From Camelus ferus (taxonomy: Eukaryota): a stretch of DNA of 64,000 bases. Where the stretch lies: contig NC_045696.1 in NCBI RefSeq assembly GCF_009834535.1, positions 108,564,001 to 108,628,000 on the forward strand. The letters run 5' to 3'. How positions within the stretch are numbered: the stretch's first letter is position 1; each line of letters begins with the position of its first letter. The notes below the pieces were generated by a model. It saw only the letters and a program-made list of their open reading frames with translations. It did no database searches and had not been told where the DNA came from. The translations under genes were made by a program, and so were the position numbers. Below are positions 25,483 through 37,900 of this stretch, piece after piece.

Positions 25483-26921
25483 TTTGCTGTGCAGAAGCTT
25501 ATAACTTTCATTAGATCCCATTTGTTTATTCTTGTTTTTATTTCTTCTAGGAGAAAATTTTTGAGATGTATGTCAGATAATGTTTTGCCTATATTTTCCT
25601 CTAGGAGGTTTATTGTATCTTGTCTTATGTTTAAGTCTTTGATCCATTTTGAGTTGATTTTTGTGTATGGTATAAGGGAGTGTTCTAGCTTCACTGATTT
25701 ACATGCTGCTGTCCAGTTTTCCCAACACCATGTGATGAAGAGACTGTCTTTATTCCATTGTATATTCTTGCCTCCTTTGTCGAAGATTAGTTGACCAAAA
25801 GTTTGTGGGTTCATTTCTGGGCTCTCTATTCTGTTCCATTGGCCTATATGGAAACCATATGTAAAACAAAAAGACAACCTACGGAACGGGAAAAAATTTT
25901 TGCAAATGAAACCGACAAAGGCTTGATCTCCAGAATATATGAGCAGCTCATATGACTCAACAAAAAGAAAATAAACAACCCAATCCAAAAATGGGCAGAA
26001 GACCTAAACAAACAATTCTCTAAGGAAGACATACAAATGATCAATAGGTACATGAAAAAACTGCTCAATATCACTAATTATCAGAGAAACGCAAATCAAA
26101 ACTACAATGAGGTATCACCTCACGCCAGTCACAATGGCCATCATTCAAAAGTCCACAAATGACAAATGCTGGAGAGGCTGTGGAGAAAAGGGAACCCTCG
26201 TATACTGCTGGTGGGAATGCAGTTTGGTGCAGCCACCTGTGGAAAACAGTAGGGAGATTCCTCAAAAGACTAGGCATAGACTTACCGTATGACCCAGGAA
26301 TCCCACTCTTGGGCATATATCCAGAAGGAACCCTACTCCAAAATGACACCTGCACCCCAATGTTCATAGCAGCACTATTTACAATAGCCAAGACATGGAA
26401 ACAGCCTAAATGTCCGTCAACAGGTGACTGGATAAAGAAGATGTGGTATATTATACAATGGAATACTATTCAGCCATTAAAAACCAACAACATAACGCCA
26501 TTTGCAGCAACATGGATGCTCCTGGAGAATGTCATTCTAAGTGAAGTAAGCCAGAAAGAGAGAGAAAAATACCATATGAGATCACTCATATGTGGAATCT
26601 AAAAAAAAAAAAACCAAAAAAACAAAGAAAGCATAAATACAGAACAGAAATAGACTCATAGACATAGAATACAGACTTGTGGTTGCCAAGGGGGTGAGGG
26701 GTGGGAAAGATAGACTAGGATTTCAAAATTGTAGAATAGATAAACAAGATTATACTGTATAGCACAGGGAAATCTATACAAGATCTTACGGTAGCTCACA
26801 GAGAAAGGAATGTGACAATGAATATATATATGTTCATGTATAACTGAAAAATTGTGCTCTACACTGAAATTTGACACAACATTGTAAAATGATTATAAAT
26901 CAAGAAAAAAGGTTAAAAAAA
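25483..26921 (+). mobile_element. Truncated LINE-1 with 5' inversion (25483-25850 antisense; 25851-26921 sense ORF2 C-terminus, 3' UTR and poly-A)
   Basis: Minus part translates to [15 protein letters not shown]...SFCTAK. Plus part continues [11 protein letters not shown]... through [18 protein letters not shown] to EKYHMRSLICGI*. TSD aaaaagaa(g/t)tctttc at 25468-25482 and 26922-26936. Frameshifts and stops make it non-functional. Confidence 0.95.
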
Positions 26922-27489
26922 AAAAAGAATTCTTTCAACAGTTATCACCACAATCCATTTGGGGATATAAGAAAGGATGTAACCATTTAGTGTGGTAAAA
27001 TAATTTAAGACATCAAAAGTATCAGTGGTTCTGGAGACCAATAATAGCAAAACACACATACATTCAAAATGAAGTTGATCAGTTGGAGTAAGATGTTTGA
27101 AGAGGTATAACAATGTGGAGCTTGGGTTTTCAGAGTTCAGCAAGTCTTGTCTGAAAGGCAAGACAGTGTTGCTTCTGCGGGTGGAAGTCATGCCAGGGAC
27201 AACCTTGCTGTGAGGTCACCTCTCACCCGCCCTAGAGCAGGGTGCAGGTCACAGCTGAGTCCCTTCTACCTGGGTTCAGATAACAAGACTAGCAAACTTC
27301 CTGGAAGGCAAGTGGCCTCTTGAGGTAGAGGGCTTTCCTATCTGAGCCTCCCAAGGAAGAGAGCTCATTGCCACCCTCAAAATAACTCATACTGGGTGTG
27401 TGTGGAGGGGAAGCTTTCCTCAGTCTCTTCACGTGGTTCATGGTGGGGAGGTCCTCTCAGGGACCCTTCGGGACTCCTCAGAGCAATGT

Positions 27490-27745
27490 GGCTTGCCTCA
27501 GCCTGGACAGTGCGCATCTGAGGTTTATCATCACCCCTTGTATCATCCTGGGCACTGCTGTTTCTAGGACAAACGTCCATGATTTGTTGGACATTTGGGT
27601 TGTTTCCACATTTTGACGATTGTAAATAATGCTGCTAAGAACATTCACATACAAGTTTCTTTGTGGACTTAACGTTTGCATTTCTCTTGGGTGTATCTAG
27701 GACAGGAACTGCTGGATTATGTGGTAATACTAACCTCTTCTATTT
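27490..27745 (-). mobile_element. Old L1M (L1MB/MC-like) ORF2-end fragment
   Basis: ggacatttgggttgtttccacattttgacgattgtaaataatgctgctaagaacattc...ttctcttgggtgtatctagga..gaactgctggat. Confidence 0.75.
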
Positions 27746-27798
27746 TTGTAGAACAGAATTTCCTGGCCAAATCATCCTTGGACTAACCATCTGTTTGC

Positions 27799-27939
27799 TT
27801 TTTTTTTTTTTTTTTTCAATTTTTTGGGGGGAAGTAATTAGGTTTATTTATTTATTTGTTTTAATGGAGGTACTGGGGAAGGAACCCAGGACCTCGTGCA
27901 CACTAAGGATGCACTCTACCACTGAGCTCTACCCTCCCC
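27799..27939 (-). mobile_element. tRNA-derived SINE (Vic-1-like), sense to EPHB1
   Basis: Reverse complement of the same head and tail (gtaattaggtttatttatttatt…tggaggtactgggg..gaacccaggacctcgtgca…ctctaccactgagctctaccctcccc); approximate TSD ggactaac(ca/tg)tct. Confidence 0.9.
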
Positions 27940-30855
27940 TCCGGACTAACTGTCTACAATCTACAAGAGAGGTCTCAGCTGTGAGGGAAAACAAGGGTGA
28001 TAAGGAAGAGTCAGGAGCCAAGGGTCCCAGCCCAGAGCAGCAGGAATTAGCCAAAATAGAGAAGGGCAATGCTCAGGGCTCCACAGATGCTGCAGCGAGA
28101 CGAGGGGTCCCATTCTGGCCCTGCCGTCTGCTCGCTGTGTGATCTTGGGTGAAGGTTATTTAACTTCTCTGGACCTCTACTTCTTCAACTGTAAAATAGG
28201 AATTTTAACCCTGATGTTGTGAAATTTCCAAACATCCTGAGGGTGTGCCCTGTGTGGTCCATGGCTCCTTCCAACTAGATCCAGTCTGCCAGGCCAGGGG
28301 ACTCAGCCACCACCCCAAAGTCTCCTTCTGGGTCCACCACTGTTCACATATGCAAATCAATCCCTGGGCGTAGTTCCCCAAGGTAAATGTGAAAAGCATG
28401 ATCCAGTGACAAGCCTTGGGTATTTGTTTGATAAATAACTTTGAGGGGATAAATGAACACGTCAACACAGTCAGTGTGGAGCAATGAATGAGAATGGGCT
28501 TGGAGAAAGGGAAGGCTAACAGCAGGGTTCCCCAGAGGTTGGTGTGATAAATGTTCCAGAAGAGAGATGCTTTCTTGGAACATCTCAAGGTGACCTGAAG
28601 TTTTTCTGGGAAGTAATCAAGGAAATAAACACTGGGCTACCTTGTCCTTGAGGACAAGGAGAGCTTGTGACAGTGGGGAGGGGAGGGGCATGACTCACCC
28701 ATCAGATGGTGTGACTTGGGCCCAGGAGTCACCATGTTCCCTCGGCTCCATGTCCACCTGTCTCCAGGTCTTGTCACCCGTATCTCCTTACACCTAATAT
28801 CCTGTCCCAACTCCCTTGTCCATCTCTCATCTTCTTCACTTTAAAGTATGCTGTGGCCAGATTAACCTTTCCAAAGCTCTTTTTATCCACTTCCTCTGAT
28901 GCTCAAAAACCTCCAATGGCTCCCCAGTGGGAAAAGCCCCAACTACCTCCCTAACATTTCCCCTTGTGGCAGCCACTGGCCAGTCCAGGCTGCCTCCCTC
29001 CACTCCCTCTCAGGAGCCCGCTATCCTCATCTCAAGGCTTCACTCACCAAGTGCCAGCAGAACTCAGCTTCGGGGATCTCTGCCTGCAGGAACACCCGCT
29101 ACGGCCACCTCTCTTCATAGTCCTACCAGCCTTCAAAGGTACAGATCAGGTCACACACTGCCTTGGCTTAGCTGTGCCAGACTACACCCACCAGAGGGTC
29201 CCATCCCTTCTCCCAACTTAAAGTCTTTATTTTTAATAACCCTCAAGGGGCTATAATTGCCACCTTGGGACACAGTGCACTGGGATCTAACTTTCCAGGT
29301 GCTCCTCTCGGGTCTCCATCACTGGAATAAACTCTTTAGGGCAGAAGTCATGTTTTTAGACTCTTCCCACTGTGTCAGCAACATGATCGATGTTCAGTAA
29401 AAGTTTGCCCTTACTGGAAAGATTGCGGGCTCTTCCCTACAGGCGCTGGAAGTTAAAGGGGTCAGAAAATGGCATAGCTGCAGCAAATGTGGACATTGGC
29501 CTTTAAAGGAGAAAAATGTGCGGAGAGGTGGGGCAGGGCTCTGATTCTGCAGCCTGTACCTGGGAAGGAATACGGAGTGTGTCTGAATATAGCGGTCCTA
29601 GGGGAGCAGGGAGCAGGGACAGGAGTGCTTGATCTCAGAGGCAGAAACTGGGAGGCTGGGGCCATTCCCATCTCACTGGGATGTCTCAGCTGAGATGTTC
29701 CCCTAACATGAGTGCTTTCCTAGCCTCTTTTCTTTTTAAGCTGTGGAATCCTTTCTCCCAAGAAAAGATTCCTTGAAGCATCAAGTGGAGAACAGAACAA
29801 TGCAGAGCTACTCTGGGTGATTCAGAAGCAAGAGTCCCAGAGCCCCGAGGCCAGTCCATTTCCTATCTCCCCAGCCCGGACTCTGAAGGTTTCACGGAGA
29901 GATCCAAAACTCCCAGGCCGCCTGCAGAAGCCCCCTTGAGCCCTCAGATTAAATTCCATGAGTTCTTAAAAGGCACGGATGATGGGACTGAATACGAGCT
30001 GCTGAGGGTGAAAGGTTATCTTTTTCCTTATATGAACTACATCCTTAGAGAAAAACCAAAATCTGCATTTAAATGTCAGCTAAAGACATCAGGCCCATGA
30101 GTACTGATGACAAAGAACAATTTGCACATGGATGAACTGTGCAAAGGATGAACTGCGCATAGAGGACTCATGCTTTTTCCACCACCCCTTTTCTAGCAGA
30201 CGACCCCATGGAGAAGGTACTGCTTAGATCACGGTTCTCCCTCTGTTGATGAAAACTCATTTCACTGCACAAATAGGCTTGAATTTTCCATTAAGAAGCC
30301 TGACTCATTAAATATTTTTGGTGCAGTAACAATTCTGGTCAAAGTAAATTAAACAAATAAGCAATTCATTTGGAGGCTGGATATGAATACAAAAGCAGAA
30401 TTAATTATTTTTCTAATTGTTTTCCCCTCCTGTGGACATTGGCTTCTCTGCTTTTGCTCTGGGCTGTGGCTTGAAATGACTCTGACATCTCCTTCCAATT
30501 TCCCTCTCTACCTTGAGTCACCTGGGGACAGAGGACTGCTTGGGGTGGAAGGAGGCATCAGTTGGATGCTGCTGAATACTGGCTGAGTCTTGTCACAGGC
30601 TCATTCAAGCGTGAGTAGGAGAGAAAGCGAGGGCTTCCAGCCTGGGTGGCTGAATCAGCCCCACACCCCCAGAGAGGAGCCTCCTTCACTGGTCTGTCCA
30701 CTAAAGGTTTGGTTTTAAGCCAAGGGAAGGTGTGGCAGTGGGGGATGGGGCTGGGGGCTGCTCTGAGGATGTGGGTTTACAGCAGAGGCCCTCGTATCCG
30801 ATATGACCTCTGATGGTGGGGTAGGTTCATTACTGGGATCATCGATCTGACCCTG

Positions 30856-31003
30856 CTAATTCTCAAAACGAGCTCCCGGATCAGCATCGCCTGGGAACTG
30901 GTAAGAAATACCCCAGCCCTATTGAATCAGAAACTCTGGAGGTGGGGCCTGAGTTTTAACAAGCCCTCCAGGGGATTCTGATGCAAACTCAAGTTTGAAA
31001 ACT
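30856..31003. mobile_element. MER5A-like hAT-Charlie MITE
   Basis: ttctcaaa…cagcatcgcctgggaactggtaagaaat…tgaatcagaaactctggaggtggggcc…ttttaacaagccctccaggggattctgatgca…aagtttgaaaac. Confidence 0.8.
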
Positions 31004-31899
31004 GTCTAGAACTCTAGAAATCAGAATGTTAAATTTTAAAAGGATATCAGAGGTTATTCAGTTTTCTGTCAATTCTTACAAGTTATGGAAAGAGAAAGTG
31101 ACTCCCGGAGGTCCCCAGCGGGCTAGAGCAGGGCAGAAACAGCCCAGCTCCCGTCCCTGAGATGGATGCCGGCTCTCTCTCCCCTCCACCCACACTCAAG
31201 CACCCAGCACTGTCAGAGCCCTGGGCGGGGGGTTCCCAGCATGCGGGAGCACTGCAGTCAGGGTCCCCTCATTCATGGGTGGGCACTGTCCTCTGGACCT
31301 CTGATCCCTCAAAGAGATCTGGGTCCCCACAGAGAGGTGGGCGTGTGCAGAGCCCTATGGCAGGAGGGCGAGGCATCCTGGCTACTGGTGTCCTGGGGTC
31401 CCTCTGCCCCCGGGATCACCCCTGCCTGGCATTTTCTCTCCGTTCCTTCTTCCCGCTGGGAGAACCAGAAAAAGGCAGCAAATGGGAGTGCTGTGCCCTG
31501 TGGTGGTAGGAGGCTGTGAAGCGACCTTGAGCAATGGGGGTTCTTGCCAGATGGCACCCATCCTAGGCAGGTGCCCCAGGGTGGCTTTGATGGAAGCTGA
31601 GGCACATGGCTCCGCTCTGCCTCCCACAGGCCTGTCAGCCTTTCTGGTGTGGGACCTGAGCAACGACTGTTTGATCACAGAAGGCAGTTCATTAGAAACG
31701 TCAGCACTGAGTGGCCAGAGGGGCGAGCACACAGCCTTGTGCACCCCGTGACTCCCTGGTTCTCACTCACATGCATTCAGCAGAGCACCCACCACAGCCG
31801 GGGAACACACCACCACCCCCAACGCCTGACATCACCACCACCAACACCAGGCGGGGGAGCTGTGGCTGCAGCTCTTCCCCAGGCCTAGAGGTCAAAGTC

Positions 31900-33100
31900 T
31901 TCTGGTCTTGGCGCCAAGAGCCCCCTTTCCTGCAGGCAGGATTCCATCTGCAAAGCCCAGCTCTGAGCCCCTCCCTGCACACCACCATCCCTCCTTCCCC
32001 TTGACCCTGACTTCCTCCTCCACCATGGTGCATGCCCCTGCCCCGCACCCTCCAAATGGCTGTTCCAGAATCAGGAAACTCCCCTGTGGCCTCCACCTGG
32101 CTCTTTCCAGAACATTCCCTCCAATGCCCACCTTAAGAAACAGTAGGTCTCCCTGCAGACACCTCTGCCCTGCTGCGCTCTCAACGGTGGCGGTTTATGA
32201 CGTTATGCCCGACACATCTCAGGATCAGGAGGTGGACGGTGTCCTTGTTCCTATCTACCACCGCTCAGCATCTCCTGCACCTTCTTTACGGATGCCAGCC
32301 GGCGAGGCCGCTGCTCCCTGCACTTGGGACGTCCAGCACTCTACCCACCACCGCTCCCCGACTCACTGAAGCCTTGCGTGTCCACTGTCTCCTTCTCAAT
32401 CTGAGCCTTGCCCCTGTGGGTGACTCCAATGTCCGCCTGAACAGCGCACTCTCGCTTCCCCAATCCCCACAGCGCTTCCCTGTCTGCCCTTTCCTGCCGG
32501 GCACTTGGGCTTGGCTTCACCTGAAGCTGCTCCCTTTTCAAAGCCACGCATTCAAGTATGCTTCTGGAACGCAAGCTTCCACCCGGGGCCACCGCTGGCG
32601 AGCCCGCCGCCCCCCTCCGCCTCCTCTGGCCCTCGGCCTTCGCTTCCTCCCAGTGCAGAGCCTGTCCGCATTCTTCAGCGTGGGTTCCATTCGGCAATGA
32701 CAGAACTGACAATGCTCCCCTTAGCCTGGGGTGTGAGCTGCCTCTACCCTGCCACAGGGTGCAACGGTAAAACTCAGGGTCTGCTCAGAACAGCCAGGCG
32801 CTGCTGAGAAAGTCACAGAACCGGGCAGGTAGGCAGCTCTGTAAATACAAGATCACTAACTTCGGATGAGCCTTCAAAACCCTTTCTGAAACTGCTGAAT
32901 TTCTCTGGACCATACCTTCTCCCATTCTGGGCAACAGACTGCCAAACTTAAAATTTTTTCCTTAAACCTTCAACCCCAGTGCCTCCTCTTTCACACTCAG
33001 CACCAAGCTTATCTCCCACCTACAGAGAAAATAGAAGCCTGAATGTCCAACTGCATAAATAACATCTCGACTTGGGTGCTCAGAACCTCCACAAGTCGCG
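31900..33100 (+). mobile_element. Probable L2 ORF2 5' (APE endonuclease) relic
   Basis: C-rich strand bias; translations contain VPIYHRS and VGDSNVR, resembling the APE motifs 'VIYRPP' and 'LGDFN'. Confidence 0.4.
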
Positions 33101-34593
33101 CATGCGCAGAACCGAGGGCGCCGTCCTTGTGCACTTCTGGGAGCCCCCAGCATGTCTCTCACATCTTTGCAAACCATGCACTCCTTCTCTTGCTTTGGTT
33201 TCTTTGTTTTCCATGTCTGCTGCCTGCAAGAACCTCCTAGGAAAGCTGCCCACTAAGCCAGACTCCCAGCGCCCTCCCTGGGGGGCTGTGGGCCCGTGTC
33301 CCCTCAGGCAGTGCCCCACTCAACCCCCTGACCCAGCCCACCACCCAGCTGAGCTACAGCACCTCCTCGGGAGCCTCATGGCTGCTTATGTGTGCCTCAG
33401 ACCTCACTGCCACCCTCCTGCAAAGCCACTATCCTTGCCCTCCTTGCCCTCCCACCTTTCTAGGACACCAGATGAGCCAATAGACACTGGGAGGTCCTGT
33501 CTTCACCCAGCTCCCTCTCACACATGCACCTCTTCACAAGAGTCCTTCCCCACATGCAAACCTGTTCCTGCAAACAAAGCCAGCCCATTGGGTTATGAGG
33601 TGCCAGGAGAAGGTGAACATTGTATCAGGCGCGCCAGGCTATCCTGGGACAGAGGACAGACACCATGTGGAGGTGCAGGGGGATGTGAGTAGGGAGCCCT
33701 AGCCTTTTCCCTCTGGAGCCCTTAGTCTATCAGGAGAAATACGGCCCACGCATGCCAAAAACTCATGCACACTCTGGAACTCATTATGTTGTCCTCGTAA
33801 CTAGTATGGCTCAGAGGGGCAATACACACACCAGGGTCTTGTCTGGGGCAGACAGGCTCACAGGGGCAGGAATGTGTGCTTGTTCCCCTGAGCTCTTCTG
33901 GATAGATAAAGCATTTTCTCTGTCTGGGGGGAATAAAAAGAGAAGAAAAGAAACGTACGCATTTTGAATTCCTAGGACTCAATTCTATAGCAGACGTTGT
34001 CCTATGGCTCTGCTCTCAGAAGGAAACAGACCCCAAGGCCTGAGGGTTGGTAAAGAGTCCCCCTTGCACTGGAAAATATTTGTGGCTCTGGCGTTTGCCT
34101 TTATTTACCCAGAATATTGAATGTGCCTTTTTCCCTCCATCTTTCACATCCGCTCAGAGAAGATGTTAATTTTCTGAAATTAAACACTTAGCTTGATTAC
34201 TGTTTTGTTAATTGCTGCATTCAAAAACCCCTGGTGCTCCTGCCTGTTTAACATGGATGGTGCTGTGAAAATGATAGGCGCGGAGCTGGCGTGCAGGTGG
34301 ACAGAGAGCTGCGTCGGAATGCCACCCCGACACCCCCGCTGGGGCCTGCCGGAGTAGCTGGGGCCCTGCCTGCGGGGAGGGGGCAGCCCGGGCTGATCAG
34401 GGTGTCTTCCACAGGGCTGTGCTTTGGGAGGACAGTGCACCCAGGAAGTCCAGGTCTCCCCAACATCTGGAAGAATGTGGGGTCTTAGCTGAGAGCACCC
34501 TCCCAGAGATGCCCGAGGAAGGAAAGCTCTCAGGGAAAGTGCAAGCCGCACCATTTGCTGATGCCTGAGATGAGTTTAAGAAAGACTGAGGTG

Positions 34594-34972
34594 ACAAATA
34601 TCAGGTGATATCACTTACACGTAGAGTCTAAAAAAGATACAAATTTGATATACAAACCAGAAATAGACTCACAGACTTAGAAAACAAACTATGGTTACCA
34701 AAGGGGAAAGGGGAGAGGGAGGGATAAATTAAGAGTTGGGATTTGCAGATACAAACTACTACACATAAAATAGATAAACAACAAAGTCCTACTGTACAGC
34801 ACAGGGAACTATATTCAATATCTTGCAATAAACTATAATGGAAAAGAATCTGAAAATATGTGTGTGTGTATATATTTATGTATATGTATAACTGAATCAC
34901 TTTGTTGTACACCTGAAATGAACATTGTAAATCAACTACAGCTCAATAAAAAATAAAATTAAAGGAGAAAAA
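34594..34972 (+). mobile_element. 5'-truncated LINE-1 (ORF2 end, 3' UTR, poly-A)
   Basis: acaaatatcaggtgatatcacttacacgtagagtctaaaaa…agaaatagactcacagac…ctgtacagcacagggaactatattcaatatc…caataaaaaataaaa. Confidence 0.88.
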
Positions 34973-37900
34973 AATTTTTTAAAGAGATTGAAGCACCCAT
35001 TCATACATGCATGTGATAATTTCTTAATTCATTCAATGAGCGTTTCTTGAACGCTGTTATCTCAGGCCCCTGGCTAGACACTGGGGAACAGGAGCCACTA
35101 AGATGAATGCAGGGCACGGTCTCCTGGAGATGACAGGCGGCTCAAGGAACTGACCTTTGCCAGGGGAGGGAGGGGCAGACTCATCACTGGACTCCTCCTC
35201 CCTCCCACCCCCTTGGCCAGGCCCACAAGTTGAAAGGAAGCTGTCTCATAATCCAACAAGAGGTTCCCTCTGTAATGAGGGTGGTAACAATCTCATTCGG
35301 ACTTTAAACAAGGAAAGGAATTTGCTACATCTCACTCCAGCAGTACCATTTTCACTTAACAAGCCATGTACTTAGGTACTTTGAGGGCCTGGCCCAGGAT
35401 GGGATAAAATGAGCATGCAGTCCCTGGGACTGGTGGGGCCCTCTGGTCACAACGTAACCATCCTCAAGCCGTCAACAGCATCCCTAGGCACTCTCAGGGC
35501 GAAGAGTGGGCAGCATTCCTACACCCAGCCCAGCGGGGCCCAGCAGGTGATGTCCATCCGTGAGAAGTTCAGATCATGAACAACAAAACACCCACCTCGA
35601 TACCATCACTGTGTGGCAACAACCACTCCAGCCAGACTGAAACAGTCTCTAGCAATGGCAGGGGATTGCATCCTAACTTTTGCAAACGGAGGTTTGTCAT
35701 TGCAGTGGGTTGTGGTACCCATAGCCCAACTCAAGCCCTCCCTCCCAAGTCGCTTCCCAGATAGTCACCTGCTCCCTTGGTGACTTTCTGGGCCTCCGAT
35801 CCCAGCCTCAGTGGGTTCTGGGGACCAGAATGTGAACTCCCCAAGGCACTGGCTCTTATCTATGCTGTTTGCTCTTGTGTTTCCGGTGTCTGGAGCCGTG
35901 AATGGCACATGGAAGGCCTTTAGGAATATCTGCTGAGTAAGTGAATGGGAACCCCTAGAAGCAGGAGCCAAAGGGCCAGCACAGGGAAGCAGTCACAGAG
36001 ACCAGTGGAATGAATGAGTGCATTTCCAAAGTTAGCGCGCTTAAACAAACCAACAAGCAGACCCCCCTTTGAATGCAGTTGAATTTCACCATGTTCCTCT
36101 GGGAACCATGTTCCATCAGGGCTCCTGGGAACATCCTAAGATCATTCCCTTAGGTTTTTCCTCCTTGGAGCCACAGAGGAAGAAGATACCTGGTCCCTTA
36201 GCTGAGCTGCAGGGATCACTTGCCCACAGGTGGACCACGAGGCCATATTCTGATCACTACACATCAACCAAACATTTATATACTAAAGCACATAAGCAGG
36301 GACTAAAGGAACCTGGAAAGTATTTATCAGGCTCTGTGCCTAGTGCTGTGTGGTCCTCCCTCATGACGCTGGAGTAGGTTGGAAAGTCTGATTCTCTGCA
36401 GAGCTTACCATCTAGTGGAGAATCAAGGCTGCCCGGCGTGTAAGGCCATGACTTTGGTCAAGGTCAAGCCTTATGTACTGACCTGCTCAGCCCAACAGAC
36501 AACAAACACTGTCTGCCGATGGCAGGACCTCTCTGAGGCAGCTTGGAAGTTCCTTCTCAAAGCCAGGGCTTCAGAAACAAGAAAAACAACCTTTTGGGAA
36601 CTAACAATGAGAAGAAAGCAATGAAATGAACTATGAAATTGAATTAAGAACAGTGAAATTTTCATTTACTTAAGGTTTTTTTTTTTTAACTTTTCCTTAC
36701 TCACTTCAATGAAAGTTTACCTTAAAGTCATTCTAGTCTTTTTTGAAGTTTTGACTCAATCTTTTCTCTGCTTGGGAGCAAATTTCACCTGCTCATTTCC
36801 AATGAGACCCTCCCTTAAAAATGGACTAGATTCAGCCAATAGATCTTAACACTCTAAATTTTTACAGGCAGAAATGTAATATTGTTTTAATATTTAATTT
36901 TGAGATTTACATAATATCTTTCCTCCAAAGAGCTCAATATATTGCAGTATCATAAAATTCTTTTTCCTATGCAAGGATTATTCTTTATGTATGCAAATAC
37001 TATATTTAACCAAGGAATCATGCAAATTAGGTGATATGCTCAGAGGAACTGGTGGGCTAGTAATTCATTTGTGGGAAAAGTGGCATCTCTGAGTGACTTT
37101 AATTGTCTAGGAACTTCAAAAATGCCTTGAATGAGGACAAGCTATAGGGGCTTATGACTACTACCAGAGTAGTGTAGTATTTTTTTAAACAACGTTACAT
37201 AATGGCTTGCTGTGGGCAGGAGGAATGTGTTGGTATTCCACAGGCAATGAACTGTGCGTAATATAAATGTCAAATATAAATGCTGCCGACGCAACCTGAA
37301 AAGGAAGGGCCAAGTGTTGTTTCTCCAAACATATGACACGGAAAAACAGTTGGGCTCGTCTGAGCGGCTGGACGAAACTGTGACGGGTACACCGGTTCTG
37401 TGCCCCATTCCTGCCCTCTTCCTTAACTCCCTGGGACACAGATTTCACTACTTCTCCTTCCTGGTGCCTACGCCTTCCTTCCCTGAAGAACGGACAAGCC
37501 AATACCTGTCATTTCTCTGCTCTGGAGGACATTAGTCCCAAACAAAGAGACTGAGATTCCCTGGAAGAAAACAGCCTAGGAAAAAAAAATGTCCAGCAAA
37601 TTGCTGTCTGGCTCAGGACATCATCTCTGAAATGATGCTCATCCCCAGTCCATCACATGGTTTGCAAAGTGATTTTCTATCCCGTCTCCTTCGCTTGTCA
37701 CACAGCACTAGGAAGCAGGTGTGGTTAGTCCCATCTTACAGTCCGGAAAGGAGGGAGCATGGCAATTCAGTGAACTTGCATGAGTCACGTGAGGAGCAGC
37801 AGCAAGAGGAACCCACCCCGGGACCCCCTTCCCCTCCGCACCGCTTCACCAGGAGTCCAGGAGACAAGGAAGGTGACTGCCCCACGGCGCAATGAGATGG

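Noticed and set aside
25452..26602. ORFs of 178 aa and 147 aa with real protein similarity
   Set aside because: Fragments of L1 ORF2. The 178-aa ORF is a chimera across the inversion junction, and the zinc-knuckle region has H>Y and a frameshift.
33072..33692. 206-aa proline-rich ORF
   Set aside because: Low-complexity translation of C-rich intronic DNA; no domain or splice support.
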